DNA from: Mageeibacillus sp. UBA5747
GTDB taxonomy: Bacteria; Bacillota; Clostridia; Saccharofermentanales; UBA5734
Assembly: GCA_002419145.1 (NCBI GenBank)
Contig: DIFN01000029.1
Coordinates: 12,584 to 76,583 of the forward strand
Length of the DNA stretch: 64,000 nt
Direction: 5' to 3'
Below, in pieces: positions 8,907-16,952 of the stretch. Below the pieces are notes generated by a model that saw nothing but the letters and a program-made list of their open reading frames with translations, had not been told where the DNA came from and searched no databases. The position numbers were made by a program, and so were the translations under genes. Each line of letters begins with the position of its first letter. Positions within the stretch are counted from its first letter, which is position 1.

Positions 8907-8940
8907 CTTTTTAGCCGATGATCAGCTTTTAGCCGATGAT
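8907..8940. repeat. 18-nt-period tandem duplication of the xylA stop region
   Basis: TTAGCCGATGAT occurs at 8911..8922 and at 8929..8940, each preceded by CTTTT. The second copy encodes the xylA C-terminus (..IIG-stop on the minus strand). The first copy sits in the xylA-xylB spacer. Confidence 0.8.
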
Positions 8941-10242
8941 TAGGGAATTGATGATCGCTTCCAGGTATTCTTGGCGGCCGGAACCGACTTTGACATCACC
9001 CATGGCGAGGGCTTTTTCTTCGAGTTCCTGGATCGTGACCTGGCCCTTGATAATTTTCTGGCCCAGTTCAGATTGCCAGCTGGCATAGCGCTCGGCTACA
9101 AACTCGGCCAGGCGGCCGTCGCGCTCGATGCGGTCAGCCAGGATCAGGCCAAGGGCAAAGGTATCCATGCCGGCAATGTAACCGATGAAGATATCTTCCA
9201 AGGTGTTGGAGGCACGACGGATCTTGGCGTCGAAGTTGAGGCCGCCATTGGTAAAACCGCCAGCAGCGAGGACTTCGCTCATGCAGCCAATCGCGTCGTA
9301 AAGGTTGGTCGGGAATTGGTCGGTGTCCCAGCCGAGCAGCATGTCGCCCTGGTTGGCGTCGATTGAACCGAAGAAACCGGTCTCGCGGGCCAGGCGCAGT
9401 TCGTGCTGGAAGGTGTGGCCGGCGAGGGTCGCATGGTTGGCTTCGATGTTGAGTTTGAAGTCTTTGTCGAGACCATAGCTTCGCAAGAAGCCGATGACCG
9501 TGGCAGCATCAAAGTCGTACTGGTGCTTGGTCGGCTCTTTCGGTTTGGGCTCGACGTAGAAATCGCCGGTGAAACCGATGCTGCGGCCATAATCGACGGC
9601 CAGACGCATCAGGCGGGCCAGGTTGTCGAGTTCGAGGCCCATATTGGTGTTGAGGATGGTCTCATAGCCTTCGCGGCCACCCCAGAAAACATAACCGGTG
9701 CCGCCGAGTTTGACAGTCAGCTCAAGGGCTTTCTTGATCTGGGCGGCGGCAAAGGCAAAGACTTCGACATTGGGTGAGGTGCCGGCGCCACTGGCATAAC
9801 GAGGGTTTGAGAACAGGTTGGCTGTACCCCAGAGCAGTTTTTTGTTGTGTTTTTTCTGCAGCTCAAGAAGCAGGTCGCTGATTTCGTCGAGGCGGGCGTT
9901 GGATTCGGCCAGGGTGACAGCTTCCGGGGCAATGTCCCGATCGTGGAAGCAGTAGAAGTCGATACCGAGCTTGTCCATGAATTCAAAAGCGGCGTAGGCT
10001 TTGTTTTTCGCACTCTCCATCGGGTCATCTGATCCGTAGGATTTGTCGATCGTACCGACGCCGAACATATCGGCTCCGCCGGAGACCATGGTGTGCCAGT
10101 AGGACATGGCAAACTTGAGGTGATCGCGCATGGTTTGGCCGGCGATGACCTGGTCGGGATTGTAGAAGCGGAATGCGAGGGGATTTTTGCTGTCTTTGCC
10201 TTCGAAGGGAATCTGGGGGATGTTGGGATAGAATTCGTTCAT
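8929..10242 (-). CDS. xylA: xylose isomerase
   Basis: 437 aa. [32 protein letters not shown]... and FCFHDRD, WGGREGY and [15 protein letters not shown] blocks are typical of class II XylA. Confidence 0.95.
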   Translation of the reverse strand: MNEFYPNIPQIPFEGKDSKNPLAFRFYNPDQVIAGQTMRDHLKFAMSYWHTMVSGGADMFGVGTIDKSYGSDDPMESAKNKAYAAFEFMDKLGIDFYCFHDRDIAPEAVTLAESNARLDEISDLLLELQKKHNKKLLWGTANLFSNPRYASGAGTSPNVEVFAFAAAQIKKALELTVKLGGTGYVFWGGREGYETILNTNMGLELDNLARLMRLAVDYGRSIGFTGDFYVEPKPKEPTKHQYDFDAATVIGFLRSYGLDKDFKLNIEANHATLAGHTFQHELRLARETGFFGSIDANQGDMLLGWDTDQFPTNLYDAIGCMSEVLAAGGFTNGGLNFDAKIRRASNTLEDIFIGYIAGMDTFALGLILADRIERDGRLAEFVAERYASWQSELGQKIIKGQVTIQELEEKALAMGDVKVGSGRQEYLEAIINSLIIG

Positions 10243-10266
10243 GGAACACCTCTCTGGTACTTTTTA

Positions 10267-10285
10267 TCGTGCTCGAGCACGGTTT
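10267..10285. promoter_or_regulatory. operator candidate (14-bp perfect palindrome CGTGCTCGAGCACG) in the xylA leader
   Basis: The 19-mer TCGTGCTCGAGCACGGTTT lies 25 nt upstream of the xylA ATG. An identical 19-mer occurs at 11466..11484. Confidence 0.55.
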
Positions 10286-10348
10286 GGGTAAATAAATATT
10301 CAGGTTCTCTGACAGGGGTAACGGGTTGCCTGATTCAAAGCTATCTGA

Positions 10349-11413
10349 TCATCTCCTTTGCTCAGCTGGGTCTGGCGGACTCATGAAATGTTCACGGATG
10401 TAGATTTCGCTGCGGGTGATTGTTTCTGCAGGCGGCAAGGTGCCATCCAGCAAATATTCAAACAGATATTGGATCGGTTTGTAGCCTTGTTCGTAAGGTT
10501 GTTGGCCGATGGTGACGGTGATGGTGCCGCTTTCCAGGTACTTTTTCTCGGCATCGGTTAAATCATGGCAAATGATCTGAATCTGACCGGAGAGGCCAGC
10601 GGCTTCGATGGCTCGGGCTGCACCCGTCACGCCGCCTGCGGTGAGGTACAGCGCCGAGAGTCTTTGCTCTTGGGCGAGCAGGTTGCGGGTCAGATCAAAG
10701 GCAGTCAGGTCATCGTCATTGGTCTCGAGGACATCCAAGATCTCGATATTGGGACAACTTTGCCGAATCACCTGAGTGAAGCCATGGATCCGCTGATTGT
10801 GGCCGAGCATCTGCACGGAGCCGGTCAGGATGGCCACACTGGCTGGTTTTTGGTGGCTGAGAAGGCGAAGGACACCGGCGGCAGTAGCGCCGCTGCGCCA
10901 ATAATCGTTGCCGACAAAGCCCAATCTCTTGCCGTCGGTCAGGTCAGTGTTAAAGGTGATGACTGGGATGTTTTTCTCGGCCAGTTTAGCGAGCAGCTGG
11001 ACCACATCGGGATGGTTGATCGGTACGAGGGCCAGGCCATTAATCCCGTTGGCAACCAGCTCTTGGATCTGGGCGACCTGGGTTTTGGCGTCAAAACCTT
11101 TCATGGTTCGGATCTCGAGGGTCAGACCAAAATCTTCGTAGGTCTTGGCGGCGGCTTGTAGTCCTTGTTCGATATCGAGGAAAAAGTCATTGCCGATTGA
11201 GGGCATCTGGACGCCGATGCGCAGGGGGGATTTGCGGATGCTGAGCATTTTGCCGGCACGATTGGAACGGTAGCCGAGATCGGTGGCAATTTTGAGGATG
11301 CGGGCTTTCAGGTCCGGGTCAATCCCGTAGCGGTCGTTCAAGGCTCGGTCGACGGTTCCCCGTGACACACCTGCCAAATCCGCTATTTGCTTGATCGATA
11401 CGTTGGGCATCAT
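10349..11413 (-). CDS. LacI-family transcriptional regulator (candidate xylose-operon repressor)
   Basis: 354 aa. The N-terminal HTH is SIKQIADLAGVSRGTVDRALNDR, followed by a periplasmic-binding-protein-like sugar-binding core. It lies directly upstream of xylAB. Confidence 0.85.
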   Translation of the reverse strand: MMPNVSIKQIADLAGVSRGTVDRALNDRYGIDPDLKARILKIATDLGYRSNRAGKMLSIRKSPLRIGVQMPSIGNDFFLDIEQGLQAAAKTYEDFGLTLEIRTMKGFDAKTQVAQIQELVANGINGLALVPINHPDVVQLLAKLAEKNIPVITFNTDLTDGKRLGFVGNDYWRSGATAAGVLRLLSHQKPASVAILTGSVQMLGHNQRIHGFTQVIRQSCPNIEILDVLETNDDDLTAFDLTRNLLAQEQRLSALYLTAGGVTGAARAIEAAGLSGQIQIICHDLTDAEKKYLESGTITVTIGQQPYEQGYKPIQYLFEYLLDGTLPPAETITRSEIYIREHFMSPPDPAEQRR

Positions 11414-11465
11414 TTCCTCGCAATGTGAGGTCGTCGCACTCGGGATTGTGTGAAGTCGTGCGTGT

Positions 11466-11484
11466 ATTGGAACTGTCGTGCTCG
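11466..11484. promoter_or_regulatory. second copy of the palindromic operator, overlapping the transcription start region of the LacI-family gene
   Basis: TCGTGCTCGAGCACGGTTT is identical to 10267..10285. It sits about 10 nt downstream of the minus-strand TATAAT box. Confidence 0.55.
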
Positions 11485-11490
11485 AGCACG

Positions 11491-11518
11491 GTTTATTTAA
11501 ATTATAGCTTTTAGATAG
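11491..11518 (-). promoter_or_regulatory. near-consensus sigma-70 promoter of the LacI-family gene
   Basis: The minus strand reads TTGACA (11518..11513), a 16-nt spacer, then TATAAT (11496..11491). Confidence 0.6.
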
Positions 11519-11565
11519 GGATTGTCAAGGGGCAGGCAGAACTGCGCAGGGTCTTCGTATCAGAT

Positions 11566-11638
11566 GATCATGTTTCGCATATATCTGCGCAATGTAACCT
11601 ATGTTAATGGCATCCTATGTTATATATATCATATGTTG
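11566..11638. repeat. array of short direct repeats (CCTATGTTA-type, ~16-nt period)
   Basis: CCTATGTTA occurs at 11598..11606 and 11614..11622. CATATGTTG is at 11630..11638 and TCATGTTT at 11568..11575. The array lies in an AT-rich spacer upstream of the 11776 gene. Confidence 0.5.
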
Positions 11639-11775
11639 TCTGGCGCGAATTTGTCTGAAAGCTTTTACATCATTGGCTCAGATCCGCCGCGGAGCTGGCT
11701 GGATCGTGAATGGTCTTTTGTCACAGTCGGCAGACGGCTGGACGTCGTAATCTGGGGCAACCACAAGGAGGTCCC

Positions 11776-12336
11776 ATGAAATCTGGTATCTGGTCCAAAC
11801 TTTGGCTGTTTACGGCCGCCTATTTCATTCTCATCTTTGTTAACATCCATCTGGCTTTGCTGGCACTGATCTGCTTTTCCCTGCCGGTCTATTTCCTGCT
11901 ACGCGATCAAAAGAAATCCTGGTGCCAATTGTATTGCCCTCGCGCCAGCCTCCTGATGAAGATCCCGCGCTCCAAAAATCAACCTCTGCGGCCAATTCCA
12001 GCCTGGCTGATCGGCAAGAAGGCCCGCCAGTGGGTGGTGCGCTACTTCATCCTAAACCTCTCTTTTATCATGATGTCAACGATCATGGTCGCATTGGGCC
12101 GGATGGCACCGATGTTGATCCCGCGTTTTCTGATCCTCTTCCCCTTCAATGTCACCTTGCCTCAGCTGGTCAGCCTCGATCTGCCAGTTTGGTTAACCCA
12201 CCTCTCCTTCCGTTTTCTGTCGATGATGATGACCTCAACCACTGTCGGGATTATCCTGGCCATCCTGTATCGCAATCGCACCTGGTGCGCCATCTGCCCC
12301 ATCGCGACACTGTCCGACCAGTACTTGGCGAAATAA
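11776..12336 (+). CDS. polytopic membrane protein with two Cys motifs (4Fe-4S-binding-type annotation family)
   Basis: 186 aa starting at ATG 11776 behind AAGGAGG. It has several hydrophobic helices and contains WCQLYCPRA and WCAICPIATLS motifs. Confidence 0.6.
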   Translation: MKSGIWSKLWLFTAAYFILIFVNIHLALLALICFSLPVYFLLRDQKKSWCQLYCPRASLLMKIPRSKNQPLRPIPAWLIGKKARQWVVRYFILNLSFIMMSTIMVALGRMAPMLIPRFLILFPFNVTLPQLVSLDLPVWLTHLSFRFLSMMMTSTTVGIILAILYRNRTWCAICPIATLSDQYLAK

Positions 12337-12493
12337 GGCGTGTGCGCTAGAATCGAAGGACCACAGAGGCACGCGAGCACTTGAAGTGAAGCGGCTGGTT
12401 GTGATCACAATTGCCTAGGCGATCGACGATCCGGTGCCCGGACGATCGACGATCCAGATTTCCAGATTCTGGTCGAAGCTGGTTTTTTGGTCA

Positions 12494-13078
12494 ATGCCGA
12501 ACCTGAAATTGCTGTCGCCGATTTATCCGTGCCAGCTAGCAGAACAACACGCTGATGTACTTGCGATCTTGAGAGATCGTTTTGCGAAAAATCCGCAGCG
12601 CCATCCGGATCTCGACTGGTCAGATATTGTGACCAAGCTGGAAGCAGAGCCAGCAAAATTGTGGTCCCTTTTCGAGATGGAACGGACGGGCGGCGAGCTG
12701 GATGTGATTGCTTATGATCCGGCAACAGGAGAGTTTCTGTTTGCGGATTGCGCAGCGGAAACGCCTAAAGGTCGGCGCAGCCTTTGTTATGACCAAGCCG
12801 CACTGGCAGCGCGCAAAGAAAACAAGCCGCAGGGTAGTGCCTGCGGTTTGGCAGAGGAAATGGGAATCGATGTCTTAGACGAGGTACAGTACCAAGACCT
12901 GCAAAAGTTGGGGGTTTTCGATCAGAAAACGTCGAGTTGGCTGATAACGCCCGATTCAATCCGCAAACTGGGCGGAGCGCTTTTTGGCGACAGCCGCTAT
13001 GACAGGGTCTTCGTGTATCACAATGGCGCTGAATCTTATTATGCAGCCAGGGGTTTCCGCGGTATGCTCAGGTTATAA
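12494..13078 (+). CDS. DUF4256-family protein
   Basis: 194 aa. The blocks MERTGGELDVIAYDP...FADCAAETPKGRRSLCYD...SSWLITP...GGALFGDSRYDRVFVYHNGAESYYAARGFRG match my memory of DUF4256. Its 3' end overlaps the convergent arcC by 11 nt. Confidence 0.65.
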   Translation: MPNLKLLSPIYPCQLAEQHADVLAILRDRFAKNPQRHPDLDWSDIVTKLEAEPAKLWSLFEMERTGGELDVIAYDPATGEFLFADCAAETPKGRRSLCYDQAALAARKENKPQGSACGLAEEMGIDVLDEVQYQDLQKLGVFDQKTSSWLITPDSIRKLGGALFGDSRYDRVFVYHNGAESYYAARGFRGMLRL

Positions 13079-14006
13079 GGAACAGCGTGCCTTTTCCTGT
13101 CGTCACTGCGTCATAAGCATTTTCCAGCGATGCGATGATGGCTTCGCGGCCGGGGCGTGATTCGACGAACGCGAGTGCTGCTTCGATTTTGGGCAGCATC
13201 GATCCGGCCGCAAACTGGCCTTGTTCCACATACAGGCGAGCTTCGCGCGTGGTCAGGCGGTCAACCCAGATCTGGTTGGGTTGACCGTAGTGCAAGGCCA
13301 CATAGGGCACGCCAGTCAGGATGAGGAGTAAGTCAGCCGAGGTGAGCTCAGCCAGGAGGGCGGCGGCTTTGTCTTTGTCGATGACAGCTTCCTGACTAAT
13401 CAGGCACTCACCTTCCCGGCTGACTGGAATCCCGCCTCCGCCGCAGGCAATAACCACGTCACCCAGTTTCATCAGGCGCTGGATCGCGCCTTTTTCGACG
13501 ATGTCGATTGGTTCTGGCGAAGGAACGACGCGACGGTAACCACGTCCGGCGTCTTCGGTAAAAACCAGACCGGGCGTCTCAGCCAACTGCCTGGCCTCTT
13601 CCTGCGAAAAAAACAAGCCAACGGGTTTGGTCGGGTGAGCGAAGGCTGGATCGGCCGGATCTACGACGACCTGCGTGATAACTGTGGAGACATTGTTGGG
13701 CAGGCCTTCTGCGTGCAAGGCATTTTTCAGGGCATTTTGCAGGTGAAAGCCAATATACCCCTGGCTCATCGCTGTGCTTTCAGCAAAAGGCATCGCCGGG
13801 ATCTGCGGGTCTGACTGGCGTGCCTGTTCAAAGGCCTGATGGATCAGGCCGACCTGAGGACCATTGCCATGGACAATCGCCAGGCGGTAGCCGTCACGGA
13901 TCAGTTCAATCAGCGGCCGGACAGCGTGCTGGACGGACTCTTTCTGAGCTTCGGGGGTCAGACCAAGGGCATTGCCGCCCAAGGCTACAACGATTTTCCT
14001 GGCCAT
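13068..14006 (-). CDS. arcC: carbamate kinase
   Basis: 312 aa. MARKIVVALGGNALG, HGNGPQVG and ACGGGGIPV are the canonical carbamate kinase blocks. AAGGAG lies 8 nt upstream of the ATG. Confidence 0.9.
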   Translation of the reverse strand: MARKIVVALGGNALGLTPEAQKESVQHAVRPLIELIRDGYRLAIVHGNGPQVGLIHQAFEQARQSDPQIPAMPFAESTAMSQGYIGFHLQNALKNALHAEGLPNNVSTVITQVVVDPADPAFAHPTKPVGLFFSQEEARQLAETPGLVFTEDAGRGYRRVVPSPEPIDIVEKGAIQRLMKLGDVVIACGGGGIPVSREGECLISQEAVIDKDKAAALLAELTSADLLLILTGVPYVALHYGQPNQIWVDRLTTREARLYVEQGQFAAGSMLPKIEAALAFVESRPGREAIIASLENAYDAVTTGKGTLFLIT

Positions 14007-15373
14007 GGCAATCGCTCCTTCAGGATCGTTTCGAGTTGGGGATGGATTTCCTCAAGTTCATAGAAAATGCGCACAGCTGGCTTGTTGAGTGTCATGAACC
14101 GGCGCAAGTCGATCGGTGTGCCAAAAACGACTCGATCAGCTGGCGTGCGGTTAATCGTGTCTTCCAGCTCCTCAATCTGCTCCTGACTGTAGCCCATTGC
14201 GGGCAACAGGGGCCCGATCTGGGGCCATTTGTGGAAGGTCGCGGCGATGCTGCCGGTCGCAAAGGGACGCGGGTCGACCAGCTCGCTGGCACCCTGGCGT
14301 TCGGCTGCGATGACACCAGCGCCATACGCCATCTGGCCATGCGTAATGGTCGGTCCGTCTTCGATCACCAGAACTCGCTGGCCGTGGATCTGATCCGGGG
14401 GCTCGCTGGTAATCGTGGAATTAGCCAAGATCACTCGGGCGGCAGGATTGACAACGGCAATGGCCGTGCGGACGGCTTCAACTTTGGCTGGGTCAGCCGA
14501 GTCGATCTTGTTGATGATCACGACATCGGCCATGCGCAGGTTGGTTTCACCGGGATGGTAGTGGGTCTCGTCTCCTGCCCGGTGCGGATCGACAACTACA
14601 ATGTTTAAGTCTGGCTGGTAGAAGGAAAAATCGTTGTTTCCGCCGTCCCAGAGGATAACATCAGACTCCTGCTCAGCTCGGTGGAGGATCGCGGTGTAAT
14701 CGATCCCAGCATAGACGGCCAGGCCATTGGCAATCAAGGGCTCGTACTCCTCGCGCTCTTCAATCGTGCAGGATTCGCGCTCGAGGTCGTCGTAGGTGGC
14801 AAAGCGCTGGACCGCCTGGATTTTGAGGTCGCCATAAGGCATCGGGTGGCGCACGACGGCGACCCGGAATCCAGCCTGCCGCAACAGCCGTCCAATGTAA
14901 CGTGTCGTCTGGCTTTTACCGCAACCGGTGCGGACAGCTGTGATCGAAATGACTGGCTTTTTTGCCCGCAACATGGTGGCACGCGGCCCGAGCAGGCGAA
15001 AATCGGCACCGCCGGCCAAGACGCGCGAGGCCACATGCATGACGGTTTCATGCGAAACGTCACTGTAGGCAAAAATGACTTGGTCAACCGCATGCTGGTG
15101 AATCAGGTTTTCCAGCTCTAGTTCCGGATGGATCGGGATGCCCTGAGGATAGCGTGGACCAGATAGCTCCGGCGGATATTTCCGGTTGGCTATACCGGGG
15201 ATTTGCGTCGCGGTAAATGCGACAACCTCATAAGCGGGATTGTCCCGGAAAAACGTATTGAAGTTGTGAAAGTCGCGGCCGGCTGCCCCCATGATCAGGA
15301 CTCTGATGGGGGGGGCGAGGGGACCTCGGCTGATTCTGTCATCATCCCCGGGTCCAGCACGATGGCCGGACAT
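13985..15373 (-). CDS. COG2403-type P-loop protein (cyclic 2,3-diphosphoglycerate synthetase-like / predicted GTPase)
   Basis: 462 aa. N-terminal VLIMGAAGRDFHNFN, Walker A VRTGCGKSQT, and a VIINKID (NKxD-like) block. Its 3' end overlaps the arcC start by 22 nt. Confidence 0.7.
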   Translation of the reverse strand: MSGHRAGPGDDDRISRGPLAPPIRVLIMGAAGRDFHNFNTFFRDNPAYEVVAFTATQIPGIANRKYPPELSGPRYPQGIPIHPELELENLIHQHAVDQVIFAYSDVSHETVMHVASRVLAGGADFRLLGPRATMLRAKKPVISITAVRTGCGKSQTTRYIGRLLRQAGFRVAVVRHPMPYGDLKIQAVQRFATYDDLERESCTIEEREEYEPLIANGLAVYAGIDYTAILHRAEQESDVILWDGGNNDFSFYQPDLNIVVVDPHRAGDETHYHPGETNLRMADVVIINKIDSADPAKVEAVRTAIAVVNPAARVILANSTITSEPPDQIHGQRVLVIEDGPTITHGQMAYGAGVIAAERQGASELVDPRPFATGSIAATFHKWPQIGPLLPAMGYSQEQIEELEDTINRTPADRVVFGTPIDLRRFMTLNKPAVRIFYELEEIHPQLETILKERLPWPGKSL

Positions 15374-15376
15374 GGA

Positions 15377-15613
15377 TCACACCTCGGTCGTGCAGTTGAC
15401 GACCATTAGTTTATAGAGTTCAAACATCAAAAGCAGCTGCTCATGGGTGTTTGATTCTTCAATCTTGGCATAGAGTTCGTCAGAAATTCCGGATTGTTCG
15501 GCGGCGTATAATTTGTGCATCTCGCTGGTATTCCAGATTGAGGATTCACGCGCTTGGGCTCGGGCCTGATCGAACAGATCCCAGAAATCGAGCGGAAATG
15601 GTTTGCTGGCCAT
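15377..15613 (-). CDS. small acidic hypothetical protein (78 aa)
   Basis: ATG 15613 lies behind GAGGTGA. The stop is 3 nt before the ATG of the COG2403 gene, whose GAGGTG SD lies inside this ORF's last codons. I recognise no family. Confidence 0.55.
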   Translation of the reverse strand: MASKPFPLDFWDLFDQARAQARESSIWNTSEMHKLYAAEQSGISDELYAKIEESNTHEQLLLMFELYKLMVVNCTTEV

Positions 15614-15767
15614 GATGCTCACCTCTTTGTCTTTGGGGGCCTGGCACGGATGATGCCAAGGCGCTGTGGTCATTAAGCTTAAGGCTAGTTTAGGCTAAAG
15701 GCGTGGATTTTTCGATCGAGCTTGTTACGCTTTAGTCCGCACAGGGCATAGGAGTTGACAGTCCTCC

Positions 15768-16952
15768 CTACGCAGCCACTTGCCGTTTCCGATACACAAG
15801 GACAGTTGCGGCTGCAAGGAAAATGCCAGCAAAGCCAAGCTGGATAAGGATCGCCAGCCGAATGTCGCCCAGGCTGCTCCAGTCGAATGTGTCGAGCCCA
15901 CCGATCGCGACGTTAGCGCGGACGAACCAGTAGGTTGGGGTGAAGCGGGCGATCTGAAGAACCGAGTGGCCCAGTAATTCCTGCGGCACGAAAACGCCTG
16001 CGATAAAGCTCGTGCCCAGGGTCAGGACATTGGCCACGGCGGCCTGGGCATTGCGGCTTTTCAGTGTGTAACCGATCAGAAGGCTCAGGCATAGACCGAC
16101 CAGCATGAAAGCAAAGGAATTGAGGGCGAGCCAGAAGCCGGTCCCCGTCAGCATGGCGCCACGGTACAAGATTAAGCTGACAAGAATCATCACCAGCCAG
16201 CTGCCGAATGAAAAGGTCAGGTTGCCGGCGAGAATTTGCAGGTTCAGGCTCCTTATTGAAACAGGCGAGCAAAGGTTTCGCCGCTTCAGGTCAAGGCCGT
16301 TGAATGTTATCATGCAGGTGCTGACTCCCAGGATCAGGATCGAGAGTAGCGCATAGGCCAGGTAATTGAAATAGTAGACGATGTTCTCATAGGAGCCGGG
16401 GAAGGAAGTCTGCCCCGACAGCTCGACCGGTGTACTGATAGCCAGGTTTGCGAGTGCCAGGCGGGCAATTTCGTTGTCCGTAGCCTCCGGCAGGCCAGCC
16501 TGATAGAGCCGGACTGTGCTGAGGTATTTGTTGACCAGCATGTCCATGTACAGCGCCGTAGTCGAGTCGGGTGCAGCCATGCGTTCCAATTTGGCCACTG
16601 CAGCGGGACCTTTCAAGTGTAGCAACTCAGAGAAACCGTCCGGCACGCGCAGGATATAGGAAACTTCGCCAAAGAACAACGCATCGCGAATTTTTTGCGG
16701 ATCATCAGCCAGATCAATGATTTCTGCGGTCTGGGCCAGGTAGTCCGCCAGACCCGCGACCAAGGCACTGCCAGCTTTTTCGTCGTCATTGAAGATAGCT
16801 GTCCTGACTTGACTCCCCGAAAATCCGGTCTGCGGACTCTGGGCATTGAATATCGTCATCATAACGGCCAGGCCGACAACGATGCCCAAATACATCAAAA
16901 GGAGCGGGGCATTTTTGCGAATGATCTGGATGTATGCTTTAAAGACTGGCAT
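15768..16952 (-). CDS. ABC-2 type exporter permease
   Basis: 394 aa. One N-terminal TM helix, a large extracytoplasmic loop and 5 C-terminal TM helices, which is the ABC-2 layout. It overlaps the upstream permease gene by 14 nt. Confidence 0.8.
   Translation of the reverse strand: MPVFKAYIQIIRKNAPLLLMYLGIVVGLAVMMTIFNAQSPQTGFSGSQVRTAIFNDDEKAGSALVAGLADYLAQTAEIIDLADDPQKIRDALFFGEVSYILRVPDGFSELLHLKGPAAVAKLERMAAPDSTTALYMDMLVNKYLSTVRLYQAGLPEATDNEIARLALANLAISTPVELSGQTSFPGSYENIVYYFNYLAYALLSILILGVSTCMITFNGLDLKRRNLCSPVSIRSLNLQILAGNLTFSFGSWLVMILVSLILYRGAMLTGTGFWLALNSFAFMLVGLCLSLLIGYTLKSRNAQAAVANVLTLGTSFIAGVFVPQELLGHSVLQIARFTPTYWFVRANVAIGGLDTFDWSSLGDIRLAILIQLGFAGIFLAAATVLVYRKRQVAA

Noticed and set aside
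10267-11484. The two identical 19-mers flanking the LacI-family gene, considered as terminal repeats of a mobile element.
   Set aside because: The core is itself palindromic and both copies sit at promoter-proximal positions. No transposase or integrase and no target-site duplication are present. An operator interpretation fits better.
11640-11775. GC-richer leader upstream of the 11776 gene, examined for a riboswitch.
   Set aside because: I recognised no conserved core of any riboswitch class I know (TPP, SAM, FMN, glycine, ZTP, Mn, Moco, preQ1, c-di-GMP/AMP). Only weak, unconvincing stems are present.
12399-12410. TTGTGATCACAA read as a Rex or CRP/FNR-type site.
   Set aside because: Rex (TTGTGAA-N4-TTCACAA) and CRP/FNR (TGTGA-N6-TCACA) sites need a central spacer. 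Here the half-sites abut directly.
13985-15373. Calling the COG2403 protein a genuine cyclic 2,3-diphosphoglycerate synthetase.
   Set aside because: That activity is known from hyperthermophilic methanogens. Only the family resemblance (AAGRDFHNFN, the P-loop) is visible here, and the context (arcC) does not support cDPG metabolism. I kept it as 'cDPG-synthetase-like, function unknown'.
15377-15613. The 78-aa ORF ending in ..VVNCTTEV, considered as a RiPP precursor peptide.
   Set aside because: No cyclodehydratase, radical-SAM maturase, lanthionine synthetase, protease or exporter lies adjacent. The protein is predicted helical and acidic throughout and is translationally coupled to a P-loop protein.
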